A model generated the notes under the pieces. The model did no database searches. It saw only the letters and a list, made by a program, of their open reading frames with translations, and was not told the DNA's origin. A program made the position numbers and the translations under genes. Below are positions 41,705 through 55,687 of a DNA stretch of 64,000 nucleotides, one piece after another (within the stretch, counting starts at the first letter, position 1; each line of letters opens with the position of its first letter). Origin of the DNA: the human T2T-CHM13v2.0 reference genome, Homo sapiens; assembly GCF_009914755.1 (NCBI RefSeq), contig NC_060934.1; one strand, written 5' to 3'.

Positions 41705-42725
41705 ACACAGTGGCTAAATGCTTGAGCTGTGGAATCTGACAGACCTGTATTTGAATCCTTACTTTCCAAATCTATTGGCTCTATGGCCTTGCACAAATAC
41801 AGTAAAAACTTGAGTTAAGGGCTAACACAGGGAGCCCCTGAAAGATGAGTTTTCCTGAAGGATGGCCTCCCAGCAAAACAGTTGGTCTCCTACAGAACAA
41901 GGCCATTTGAGAATTGAAAACTGCTCCCTGGAAACTGGCCACACCTGGGAGCTTCAGGCAATCAGTCACAGTTCTCTGAGGCCGCAGCGGACTGTACTGA
42001 AGTTATATCATATAGTGGAGGAACTTGGGCCTCTCACTAAGAATGTGTTGAGGTTTGGGCAAGACAGAAAATTTTCAACAATCCAGCTGCACCCAGTGCA
42101 TGGATTCTTGCTCCTATTTATGTCAGGAATGGTACTAGTGCTCCACCAACCCTGGATATCAAGGCACAAGAACAGGGCTTGGAGGCTACCAGTCCACCAC
42201 ATTATAACAAGCCAGCTTCATTTTCATCAGGCCGATCAGTACTGCCCCTAACTTTTCAGCTGGAAAGCCAAAACCGTTAGTCATGGTTCCTTTCTGCATC
42301 TACCATCCAGTCCTGCCTAGATTCCTGTGCACTGCCCAGGGCACAATGGCCATTAGGCAATACCTATGTCTATCTCTGGACTTCCAGCAAATGCTCTTCC
42401 AAACCTGGGGCTGCAAACTGTCAGGTGATTTGCTCTCTTTTTGTTCTTCATGACTCTAAGCCTCAGGTTTATATTTTTTCTTCTTTTTATTTAAGAATTT
42501 TTTAATCATGTTTTTCTAGAGAGCGGGTCTCCCTAACTTGCCCAGGCTGGTCTTGAATTCCTGAGCTTAAGCAATCCTCCCACCTCAGCCTCCCAAAGCA
42601 CTAGGATTACAGGCACAACCCACCGTGCTGGGCCTCAGGTTTCTTATCAGTAAAATATGTATAACAATTATGCCAACTCTATATGGATGCTAGGGATATT
42701 AAACCAGACAATGTAAGCAAAGAGT
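41705..42725 (+). mobile_element. MIR split by an unidentified insert and a FLAM
   Basis: 5' part CAGTGGCTAAATGC...GACAGACCTGTATTTGAATCC...GGCCTTG (to about 41805); 3' part CTCTAAGCCTCAGGTTT...AGTAAAAT (from about 42454). Confidence 0.65.
42475..42634 (-). mobile_element. FLAM_C / left Alu monomer
   Basis: GCCCAGGCTGGTCTTGAATTCCTGAGCTTAAGCAATCCTCCC; TSD TCAGGTTT on both sides. Confidence 0.85.
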
Positions 42726-42744
42726 TTTGGACCTTACTATTCAA

Positions 42745-42913
42745 CCTGCTTTATTTAATAATCTGATATTTTTCATCATGAAATATTTTGTCGTATGATT
42801 TTTAAAAAACTCTGTTTTAAAATGTTATTAATTTTGATTACTGACTTTGGCACATTCCTAAATTTTGCTTCTGAAGTGAGTACCTCTCTTGTTTCATCCT
42901 AGTCCCATCCCTG
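42745..42913 (-). mobile_element. MER96B-like hAT element fragment
   Basis: TTGATTACTGAC...TAAATTTTGC...CATCCTAGTCCCATCCCTG terminus. Confidence 0.55.
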
Positions 42914-43572
42914 TCTTATCTAATATATACTAAACACTAAATAAATATACATTATTTATATTATTGTTACTCTTATTATACACACTCTCTTCTCATTCTC
43001 TCTCCTCCTTCATACACATACATACATGCACATACACATATACACACCTCAAAAGGCTACTAGTGTAACTGCATATTTATTGATATAGAGCTTGCCTTCT
43101 GAAAAATAAAAAATATATAGTCATTTATATCATATAGCCTTTTAATTTTTAATACTTCCTATCATAACATCCAGCACACATTGTTTTAGAACGGATTCTA
43201 TGCTGGATTTGCTGTGTAATGTGGGCTTAAAATGTGCTGCTGTTTTATAAGACTCTCTCATCTAAATTGGATCAACAATTTTCACAATTCTAGGATTGTG
43301 CCTCAGGAAACAGCAGCAGATTTAGAGTGCAGCAGAACTTCTTATAATGCCCAGCAAGAAAAAGTAGCCAAGGATAGGTCCGATCTCCACAGGCTTTTTT
43401 AATGTTCTCCTACTCCACTGAAGTAGGACAGTGATCAAATTAGAGGAATACATTTTAGAGAAGGAGCAACAAACAACCTCTCTATGCATTATCAAAAGTG
43501 TATACATAGCTAAGGTAATGGCCATCTACTTATTACTGTGATATGATTTTTTTATATTTTAAAAAATATACC

Positions 43573-43855
43573 GGCCAGGTGCAGTGGCTCACATCTGTAA
43601 TTCCAGCACTTTGGGAGGCCAAGGCAGTAGGATCCCTTGAGCCAAGGAATTCTAGACCAACCTGGGCAACACAGTGAGACCCTGTCTCTACAAAAGATAA
43701 AAACAATACTAGCTGGGTGTGGCGGTGCATGTCGGTAGTCCCGGCTACTCAGGAAGCTGAGGTAGGGGGATGGCTTGAGCCCAGGAGGGGAGGCTGCAGT
43801 GAGCCATGATCAGGCCACTGCATTCCAGCCTGGGCAACAGAATGAGATCCTGTCT

Positions 43856-43908
<53 letters not shown>

Positions 43909-43930
43909 AAAACCAAACAAAATAAAAAAT
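43573..43930 (+). mobile_element. AluJ (Jo-like) with (CA)n in its tail
   Basis: GGATCCCTTGAGCCAAGGAATTC...GAGGCTGCAGTGAGCCATGATC; CA run 43859-43902. Confidence 0.92.
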
Positions 43931-46480
43931 AATAGCAATATGTGATTTTTCACAGCTATGAGGTTTACCTCTCATTCATCTGACAATTGCATGCTAATAT
44001 TTTCAATATGTGCCATACATAACTCTTGACAACATGGTCATTGTAAAAACAACAGAGAATGGGGAAAAGCTGGAGGAGAAAGAAAGAGGAGTAGAATAGA
44101 AGAAGGACAGAGTAATATGGAGGCAGAAATAGATGCTTCCAAATAACAGAGCATTTGAGTAGGAACTTTAAGTTCTGAAAATCAGTTTTGGTCTTATAGA
44201 GAACAATGCAAGTCTTAATAATAATAATAAAAATCTTTGAACATCATAGTAAAAATTGTAAGGAAAATGAAACATAAAATCCACATTATAAATTCGGTGA
44301 GCTTCCCTAGGTTTTCATACTTCCTGCCAACAAAAGGCTTGTTCCATGTTTGATGACAGAATCTGATTATTAGCTGAGATCTGATTTAAAAAAAATACAA
44401 AGTTTGGGAATAATTAGGTTAAAGAAACAAAAGACAAGTGAAATTGCTTTCAGCCAAATGACCTTCAAAGAGCAAGAATCAGGAGTCATGTATTCGCCAG
44501 CAAAACATCCTGATCATCTTCAAGTAGGTGCTGTCTTGAGAGTGTGTGGAATTAATGAAGTCCCTCACTGGATGCTTTAAAAATATATCTTTCTATTATC
44601 AGCTTCTATAGAAATGGAAGTGCCAGACAGGAGAGAGGCTTTCATGAATGATTAAATAATCAAAGAAAATAAAATGGAGATGAGCTGCAAGCAAATCCTG
44701 GAGGGTCATATTATGGGCATAATAGAAGTGACTTGAGATAAAATTCTTAGGAGAATTTGCCATTTGGGTTTCCAGATAAGCAGGGGGGAAGAATTTATGC
44801 AATTCTTTTAGTAACTGACTTTCTTCGGACTTTGCATATGGGCAATCTCTTTGCAGACCATTCTCTCTTTGTGTGTATAGAATCTATTCAGAATAGGACC
44901 CTCTTTGTTCAGTGTGCTATAAGTCACTATAATGAGTGAGACCATATTTCTCTAGTGAAGGAAATATTTGTAGTTTCATTTTAGGAAAATGCTAAGCACC
45001 AAGTTGATTTTTAAAAGTAGGAGGAGGGTCAAAGGGGATTTCACAGCTGTTAAGGAGCGATGTTTTCACTTCACATTTGTCATCCATAATCTGCATCTTT
45101 CTCTCCTGACTCCAAAGTTACAAACTATGCATTATTTTCTTGCTAATAACTGACAGGCATCCTGCATTCTAGCAGATTTGTAATGAAAAATAATTGTCTA
45201 TGGATGGAAAAACACCTTAGACAAACATTTTAATAGAAAATTAATTCTAGCAATTTGGATAGTTTTACTTACAATTTTAGATTCAATGTTCTGGTAAAAG
45301 AAATAGCTAGCTAATGCTAGAACAGTTTGTCTTTTTAATATTGAGAGGCACAATATTTTACAGTAAATTAAGTGTCTCGCATAGCCTACATTCTTGGGAT
45401 ATTCTGTGTTACAAATCTTGTGAGATCTAAAAACTCTCCAAATTTGCTGGTGAATAATCCCAAAGAAAATATTCTAGCACATGCCACTTCTAAGTTCTTG
45501 TTCAAAGTATAATAGGAAAAGAACCATTAATGTTTCTTATTTAGGCTTCCTATAAAACATGCATAATGAGGTAGTCACTGCATCTAGTACCCAGCTATCA
45601 GTGAGACAATATGGAACTACTTCCGTATTTGTCATGTAAGTGAGAAAGAATAACCACTATTTTGTATGCTTATTTATTTTGGCGTAGAGTCTTATAAAGT
45701 AACTTAGTTAATGGAAGACATAAATTAATTCTTTTCAATAGTAAAAAAAAAATGCAAAGACAATCTAGGCTTCAAGATTAGGAGGAAAATGCTATGGGCC
45801 TGATACCAGAAGGTAGGATTACATAGTCATTTGGAGAAGGACCTATTGTGAACAGTATTATGGTATTGCCTGCAGAGATAGATGTTCATTGTAGAACAGG
45901 TTTTCTTCATCCACGTCTACAAATATGTTCTTGGGGAATCAAAACCAAATTGTTTCCCTTTTAAAAGTATCCAAAATACAATGGCATTTGGTTATCATTT
46001 TGATGGAATAGTTCCAAAAAGACACACAAATGAGGAGCTGTTGTTATTTTTGTCCTTTATTTTTTGAGACCTTCAGATGACAGTGAAAGTGGATTGGTGA
46101 AACAATAGCCCACATTGACTCTTGTAGCCATCTACTCAGATCCCCAGAGGATTTTTCTAGATAACAGAGAGAGCCCATGTTGCGCTGGGACAGGTTTTAG
46201 GGTAGAGAAGAAGGTAAAATGCAAGCAGATTTATGTCTATCTAAGAGGTTGTGTCTGAAACTCTGTTTCATGGACATATACTTATTAATTTGATACATGG
46301 AGACAAAGAGAGCGACGCAATAACACAGGAAGCAACGTTTATCAGAGCTCACTGAACACACAGAGCGGTGTGCCATGGCTTAACCAAACAGAATGGGAAC
46401 AGGGAAGCCTGCAATTCTGTCAAAATATTTTAGGACACTGGGTCCAACATATTCTTAGGGGATGTGGGTGGGAGGAAGAA

Positions 46481-46932
46481 TGTTAAAAAGTAAACTGAGG
46501 CACAATAAAATTTAAAAGAGTTTATTTGAGCAAACAGCAATTCATGAATCAGGCAACTCCAAGCCAGAAGTCATTCAGATGCTCCATCAAGGAAGTAAAA
46601 CAAAGAGGTGTTTTTTTTGTTTGTTTTTTGTTTTTTTTTTTTTTGGACAAACATTGAAGTAAAGCAAGGAAAATATTTTGATTGGTTATAGTTCTATAGT
46701 TGCCTTATTTGATGTGCCCAGTTAGAAAGTCTCTAGTTATATAATTATACATTTGTGGCTGCTTCTAATTGGTTGAACTTAAGTTCTGTTTTCCTTTAAT
46801 ATAGGAATTTACAAGAAATGGCTCAGGTTAAGTTTCACTTAACCTTAAGGTTAAAGTCACTTATGAGGCCTAATTGGCCTTGTTTGCTCAGGGATTCTTC
46901 AAGCCTGGTCTCCATTTTTATTTACTTTAACA
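46481..46932 (-). mobile_element. ERV1-group solo LTR (MER93-like)
   Basis: Terminal inverted TGTTAAA...TTTAACA; TTTATT (polyA signal on minus); CCAAT boxes on minus; family from recall. Confidence 0.7.
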
Positions 46933-47999
46933 GGAGCCAGAAATAAACCAATAGAATTAGCATAGAAAATCCAAGTTTGCGAAAAAGCCAGGCACCACAA
47001 TTAAGACCTTCTTCCTCTAGATTTCAAAGTTTTTTGGTGATGATAACCAAGGATTTCAGTCAATCTGAAAATGATGGAAAAATCAAACTTAACAAAGTAC
47101 AACTCTGAGGACACCACTGCTTTGCGCATAGACTTTTCACATTGGATCTTCTGCCGTTTTGCATTAGTCTAAAATACTTGGCCTGGTATTCAAAGCCTAG
47201 AAAAACTGGTTTTAACTTACATCTCCACTCTTTGTTGTCTCTTTACTATATCATAAGCCTCAATCTTATTGTTCATTCTACATCATTTGGCTTTTTACTC
47301 TCTATTCATATTGCATTTTGACTGATAGCCAATTCTGCCACTCCTTGCCACATGTCCTAATATCACCCAGCTTAAATGCTATCTCTTCCATAAAACTCCA
47401 CAAGATTTCACCCAGCGGGAAGCACTGCTTCCTTCTTTGCTGCTTCTCTGTTCTTTGTGCACTCTAGGACAGGCCACATAATAGGGAATGAGAAATATAG
47501 GCTATACAGCTAGAATGAACTGGGTTGGAGAGGATGCCTCAAGGTTCCAAGTGTGTAATCATGGATATTTTAATCTTGCTGCATATCAGTTTTCTCATCT
47601 CAACAACGGGAATCACAAGAAGATGTGGTAAGCGTGCTAACCCTGTGCATTCCTTTCATCCATCCTCTTTTCCCCTTCCCTTGTGGAACCCCCTTCAGAA
47701 TGATAGTTGATAAAGCTTTAACCCTGTAAATTCATTTCCTCTTTATGTTAAATCTCTGCCTCCATCCTTAGTTTCAATCCAAAATTTCCCAATCCCTGGT
47801 GGACCTCACACTCATTATGTCCCAAATGAAACCCCACCACCTCTCTGTTGCTGTCCTCCAAATCTATTTGTCATCTTGCATGCCTATTTCCCAAGGTCTG
47901 ACAAAAAGAATCACAGGTTATCAGTCAACTAACAGATAAAAAAACTGAACCACAGGGAGGAAATGTAACCTATGACATACATACAGTGAGTACAACCAG

Positions 48000-48120
48000 A
48001 ACCTATTGAGTGTCTGCTCATTGAAGGCAAAGACATAATTTTTCTTGTTGAGTGTTATATCTCTTGGAGTCGGCACAGGGCCTAGGTGCTCAATAAATGT
48101 TTTTAAATAAATAAATGGAG
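48000..48120 (+). mobile_element. L2 3' terminus
   Basis: TGAAGGCAAAGAC...GGCACAGGGCCTAGGTGCTCAATAAATGTTT. Confidence 0.7.
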
Positions 48121-49307
48121 AGAACAAGGAGTATAGAGCCCTTTTTTTTGGCATTCTTTTCATTATAATATGCCATTAGACTTCTCAGAAGCTATTATCT
48201 GGGTATTTATTGTTATTTATTTTTAAAAACAGGGCTTCTCTAGAAAGATGAGGGCAGGAGTTGGCACCATTCTTAAGACAGCCTTTCAGTCATGAAGTCT
48301 GCTCTCTCTGAGTGCCTTCTTGCAATACCAGCATTCTGACATGCTCACTTTTTTTTACCGGTCATACATCAGTGAGTTTAATTAACTTTTTAAAATAACA
48401 CTAAATTTTGCTTCCCCAGGACAGAGCGTGGACTCTCTTGGTCCACGGCAGAATCAATGTCTGTGCCCAGATCTTTTATGAAATATATAGCCCCTAACTT
48501 TGTCTTTCAGCGAGTGATGTAAATGACTTTCTTTGGGTCTTTAATTATCTTGGGATGATGGCATCTCTTAATCTAGCTATTGCTGAGTTCCCTAGAACTC
48601 TGCTAACTATAGAAACTGGTTGTGTAAAAAAAAAGTTCACCCACGGAGTAATGACAAAAACTTCTTTATATTAGATCGACAAAATACAGTAGCTGTGTAG
48701 TGAGGGCATACCAATTATTTAGTGCATATCCTCATACCAAATAATTTGTTATTAAGGATTTCAAATTTATAATAAAAATATGTTATCTTAGTAACGTCTA
48801 TTATCCCAGGCAAGGTGACAAACCTCCCGAAAGTAGACATATTTTTGAATCCACAATGGGGTGCTTCCAATGTGCCTATATGCCTTTCTGTCATCTAAAG
48901 GCACCACAAGAAATGTGCTCTATCCTCCCTTCCTTCTTTAAAATTCTGTTTAAATGGCTGCTTGGCGAGGTCTCACAGGTGCCTCTAGTAATCATGACAT
49001 GACAAATGTCTGTGACAAGAGTGCTATATTGTATGTTTCCAGAGTTTGCAATCCTAGTGTCACGAGATCAACATCAGATTTCATGTAGACGATGAAAAAT
49101 TGGCCTCATTATGCATAAGCATAACTAACCTAATACACAGTAAAGTGCTGTTTAATAGCTCTCATATTAACTTCAATTTACAGAGATTGAACTGGGGACC
49201 AGAAAGATAAACTTTCCAAAGTCACACAGTTTTTAAAGTGTTAGAACATAGGTAACAGCCCAAGTGACTGGTACTTTGTAAATGGTATCATCTAAATAAT
49301 ATTACTT

Positions 49308-49488
49308 GCCAGGTATGGTGGTATCCACCTGTAGTCCCAGCTACTCATGAGGCTGAGAATGGAAGGACAGCTTGAGGCCTGCAGTTCGAGGCTGCAATAC
49401 ACTATGATCATCCCTGTGAGTAGCCACTGCACTCCAGCCTAGGCAACATAGAAAGGCCTCATTTCTAAAACTAAGCAAACAAACAAAA
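49308..49488 (+). mobile_element. FAM (fossil Alu monomer)
   Basis: Monomer retaining the 7SL-like segment CTATGATCATCCCTGTGAGTAGCCACTGCACTCCAGCC that dimeric Alus lack. Confidence 0.8.
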
Positions 49489-49642
49489 CTGCTGTGTTAA
49501 AATCATCTTCAAACTTAAATGATATTCCTGAAAACACATGACATTTGCATCTATCCTCACACACACATTTTTCATTTTTCATACTGTAAGTATAAGCATC
49601 AAATTTGAGTTTCAATAAATTAGACCCTGGGTCAATGAATAG

Positions 49643-50061
<419 letters not shown>

Positions 50062-50689
50062 GCAACCAGATTTTTTTTTTCAACAGTAGAAAAGGTCCTG
50101 AACATGTGGCCAGAAACATCTGGGTGGTAGCCCGGGCTCTAGATCAGTGTGGTTTAAATCTAGACATGCCAAAATTAGTTTTGCCTTTAGTTCTTTCAAC
50201 TGTAGTGGAAAGAAGGGGACATATACTTTTTCTGGTTCCTTATTACAGTGACATTCTATGATGTTATAGGTAATAAAATCAGTAAAATATGCATACATAT
50301 TTATATCACACATACATTCATATATAGTTTTTCTTTATCAACACTTCTGGTTGAGGGAAATAGGCATGCTTTTAGGTGCTCAGTAATTTCTTGAAAAACT
50401 AATCTTACTGATTTAAAAGGTGTAATTAGGTGCTTACAAAATAGTTGGAAGGGCAGAGTGGTACAAGTCAGCCTCCTGCTTATTAAATTTAGGAACATTT
50501 TGCTGTAGCTACAGCCTTGAGGTTAGCAAGCTGCTGCAGCTCCCAAGCCTTAAAGGCCTCTCACCACTACAATTCTGAAACCTAAACACTGGAGCAAGAC
50601 ATTCAGCTACTGTAAATACTTCTAGTAGCCCTCAAGAAGGGCTGAATGATGGATTCTGGAAGGAACTACTCATGGATTTGCACACATTC

Positions 50690-50827
50690 TTTTAACGGCT
50701 TTACCTGATTCATAACTGGACCCAGCTGCCAGGGAGTGTGGGAAGTATAGTTTTCAGTTTTCAGCCTCTCTAAAGAGAAAATGGATAGAAAGAAAGCTAA
50801 GAGAGCCAATACACATGATTTACCACA
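50690..50827 (-). mobile_element. Old MaLR LTR fragment (MLT1K/L-like)
   Basis: CCCAGCTGCCAGGGAGTGTGGGAAGTATAGTTTTCAG...TTACCACA. Confidence 0.5.
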
Positions 50828-51873
50828 TCTGGTGATTGGGTTCCACAATTATAGGATAACCTGAAAACTACTTCAAATGAACGCTACCCTTGAGTGTCCC
50901 ATAAGTTCTACTGAATGACCAGTATTGTATTATCCCTCCCTAAATTGAATATAGCCACATTTACTGCTAGTTTGGATAAAACTGTTGTATTCCAGTTTTG
51001 TGCTTGGCTTATGTTAAAGACAAGGGCTTTCCAATCATTACAGTCATAGTAAGGGAAACGGAATGCTGAGGCATACAGAGAACAGACAGCAAATGTGTCC
51101 CAGTGCCCAAGAAGTGAAATGCCAAAAAAAAAAAAAAAGCCTAAATCTATGTTCTTAAGAAAAAAAAAAGCACTTTTTTTCTTTGCTTGTATAGTTGTAT
51201 TTGCATATGCTGAATGCTTATGTTGTACAATCTTAGTGAACTTATTAAGTGTGTATTATGTAAATTTGGTACTGTGGTCAGTACTGTGAACATTATCCAC
51301 ATGCAGAAAACAGGGATCCTAACTTCAGGGAAGTAGCATGTGACTGGAACAGCAAGCATGTATACATACATGCAAGCTAGAACGAGCTAAGTAAAAGAGA
51401 CGAACAGAATAGCACTTAGAGAGTTCACAGATCAGGGAGGAGGTCCTCTTGAATGAGATAAGTTAGCATCTGAGACAAACAAATGAGAGGATATATGAAG
51501 ATACACAGCTTTTGCTTCTCTGGATGCAAATAATGTTTTCTATCACTATAACAAAATCTGTAGTCTTGACCTTCCCCTTAAGACTCAATGGTAACAGATT
51601 TTTCTGATATTCATTTGGTCAAATATTTAGTCAATTATAATTTTCCTAGTTGCAGCAATTTGAGATATTAGTTTGGTTTTGTTAAGAGTATTTTTCACTT
51701 CTTCCCTATTCTGCGCCCCTCATCCATGCCATGCCAGTCTTAGTGTTTCCTTGCCTCAGGAATTTTATAGAAGTAAATCAAAAGCTTCAAAGTGAAATGT
51801 TTCCTTCATGTCTTTAGTAAAAGTTTAAAATCAGGGAAGAAAACATTCTTGCAGCATTAGAGAAAAAGGAGAG

Positions 51874-52227
51874 TATATTAATCCATGTTCATGCTGCTGA
51901 TAAAGACATACCTGAGACTGGATAATTTATAAAGAAAAAGAGGTTTAATGAACTCACAGTTCCACGTTCCATGTGGCTAGGGAGGCCTCACAATCATGGC
52001 AGAAGGCGAAACGCATGTCTTATATGGTGGCAGCAAAAAAGAAATGAGAGGCCAGCAAAAGGGGCCTCCCCTTATAAAACCATTAGATCTCGTGAAACTT
52101 ACTCAAGCCACAAGAATAGCATGGGGGAAACCGCCCCCATGATTCAGTTATCTCAAACAACATGTGGGAACTATGGGAGCTACAATTCAAGATGATATGT
52201 AAATGTAGGCACAGCCAAACCATATCA
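51874..52227 (-). mobile_element. THE1B/C solo LTR
   Basis: GCTGCTGATAAAGACATACCTGAGACTGG...CACAGCCAAACCATATCA; perfect 5-bp TSD GAGAG. Confidence 0.93.
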
Positions 52228-52716
52228 GAGAGTCTCTACCTTTATAGATTATAAGAGGAGAAAATGAGATTTTTTCCCCCCGCCAGATGAGTAGGAGTTA
52301 AAGGTCTCTGGGTTTTGCAGGCAGTAGGAACACATTATCCAATTCCAGACATCACTTCAGCGTGCTGGTGAAACATGCCGAGGCTGAAGTTTGGCATGCT
52401 TAGGGAGGCCAGCGCCTGGCCCCTGACTCCTGGCTTCCCTTGCTTTAGTGAAGAATCACATGCCATCACGTGTCATGGAACCCCAGAGGCGCCAGTCTTC
52501 CAGGAAACACATGGACTTGAACAATAAAGCCAGCAGCAATAACCATGACAGGATGGAGACTAGAATTTGCTGGATTTCCCTAAAAGCATGGACATCTCCC
52601 ATAAATGAGTGAGGTATTAATAGAATTCCTACCCTTCCCTCACCCCACAGTGTTCTTTTGTGCACCTGAGTTTGGTAACTACATCACATCCACCACATGT
52701 ATCTCACCAACAACAA

Positions 52717-52720
<4 letters not shown>

Positions 52721-52766
<46 letters not shown>
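52721..52766. repeat. (TA)23 microsatellite
   Basis: Uninterrupted TA run. Confidence 0.95.
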
Positions 52767-52769
<3 letters not shown>

Positions 52770-53449
52770 ATTTGCAGGTCTGTGAAAGAAAACAAAATAT
52801 TTGTGAAGAGAGTTGTATGGACTTAGAGACAAGGAAAATAAAATTCTGCTGACAGATTTATCTCCAGCTGGTGCACAGCAGAATGCACTGGACCTGGCCA
52901 CTTCAGGAAGCATGCACCTTCTCATCTCATTTTATTACCAACCAGTTGTCAGACATCATTTCATTTCTACCAAAATGGGTAGACTTTTATCTGCAACTGT
53001 AAAGTTTCTCTGTAGCCATTCTGCTTTAATCAGAACCATAGCATGGAGAGAAAGGTCAGAGAACGATTTGGATCTATGAAGTCCAGCCAGCCCAATGCAC
53101 AGAGGCATGATTTTAAGTAACGATCCCACTTTAGAAGTCTGTACACAGTTCTGAAGCACTGCCGTGAATAGTTTTTAAAAAGTCCGTTGATTTTTGGCAT
53201 TTTCCTCTAAAGTAAAAAATATGCAAGAAACATATTATATACAAAATGTTTTCTTAATTCATTTTGTACATTAAAGAACTGTTTGGGGAATGCACATTAG
53301 ATTGAAGAGATCTCAAACAATAAAAGTATTGATGACTAAAAACTTGTGGGACAGTAAACTTTAAAAAGAGACTAAAAGTTTTAGAATGGTAATTATTCTT
53401 TATAGCTGTGAATGTTAAATACTTTTTAATCAGCAAATTACAAAGCAGT

Positions 53450-53546
53450 TGCAGACTACTTGATCTTATCACTATATATGTATCAAAACATCACTGTACA
53501 CCTCATGAATATGTACAATTACTATTTGTCAATTAAAAATAAAACT
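53450..53546 (+). mobile_element. Short L1MA 3'-terminal fragment
   Basis: GTATCAAAACATCACTGTACACCTCATGAATATGTACAATTACTATTTGTCAATTAAAAATAAA. Confidence 0.7.
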
Positions 53547-54194
53547 TTCTTAAATGTTAAAAATTTTTAAGGCGAGTATAGTAAGTTGTTCCATCATTCA
53601 ACCAAATTTTTCTATTTTAAGACGAAATTTTTAAAAGGATTAAAAAAAAAAACAGCGTTACCTATTTGCAATTTAGTACCATGTCTAAGAATAAAAATTT
53701 TAGGGACAGCCCCATCAACAGATTCAAAAGTACCATGTATCAAATAATTTAGAAAAAAAAAAAGATGATACGCTCTAGATAACTGTGTTACAGGATCCAA
53801 AATGTGACTGTAATGATAATGAAAACACTAATGGCAAAGATGATTTAAAGAATTTAAATAACATTGTTCAATGAAATATGTGAAAATTGTATTACATGTA
53901 GATTTTAACATACATTGGTAAACAAATTAATTAGTAAGTAAAAATCTATTATAAGAGTTTAAATAATCAAGTGTGTAAAACAAAGAAAACCTCTTGAAGA
54001 ATCTTTTCCACTGGGAAATAGCTTATATTTGATGATTTTACATACATAAAAATATATATACATATTATATGCTGTATATTTATGTTTACATATAAATAAA
54101 ACTAAACTAAAATATATAGCATTGATATATAAACTGTTATTCTATTCTTACAGAACCACATTATAGAATAAAAATAGTGGTTACCATCATTTGA

Positions 54195-54740
54195 TTTTCT
54201 TTTTAATTTTTACTTTTTGAAATAGCTTTAGATGAAGAAAAGCTGCAAAAGTAGTATCTTTATATCCTTTACTCAGCTTCCCCTAATATATACAACTAAC
54301 ATAGCCACACTAAAGTTATAGAAGCCAGGAAATTAACATTTTGTTGTCTTTCATGGCCCTGACACTTTTAACAGTGATTGTTTCCTGTAGAATGTCCTTC
54401 AATGAGGTTTGATGTCTTCTCATGTTTAGAATGAGGTTACACAGTTTCAAGAGTAACACAGAGGCGGTGTGTCTTTCTCAATGTATCCTATCAGGATATA
54501 CATTTGTCTATCTTAAATAGTGTTAACCTTGATGTCTTGATTAGAGTGTTGTCTGCCAGGTTCCTCCATTGTAAAGTTGCTATTTTTTCCTTTGTAATTA
54601 ATAAGTATATAGTGTAGAGTCAATTTGAGGTATGCACATTTTCTATTTCTCACTGTACTTTCCCCCACTGATTTTATCATTCATCAGTGGTTTTTGCCTG
54701 AAATAATTATTTTGATGGTGTTTTATGAATGGTGACTCTC
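54195..54740 (-). mobile_element. L1MC4-like 3' end
   Basis: TGTAGAATGTCCTTCAAT...GTCTGCCAGGTTCCTCCATTGTAAAGTT...TTTGTAATTAATAAGTA. Confidence 0.75.
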
Positions 54741-54916
54741 TTTATTAGTTCTATTTGATTATGTAGTGTTTCTTCTTTAGGGATTCTGTTAATATTATTA
54801 ATCATTATTATTCATTCTTTGCCTTTTATTTCTCCTACTTTTTCTTCTATCATTTTTTAACTCTTTATATCATTTTCTTTCTCTTGGTTGATTTTCTGAC
54901 ATTCTTCAAAAACTCG

Positions 54917-55687
<771 letters not shown>

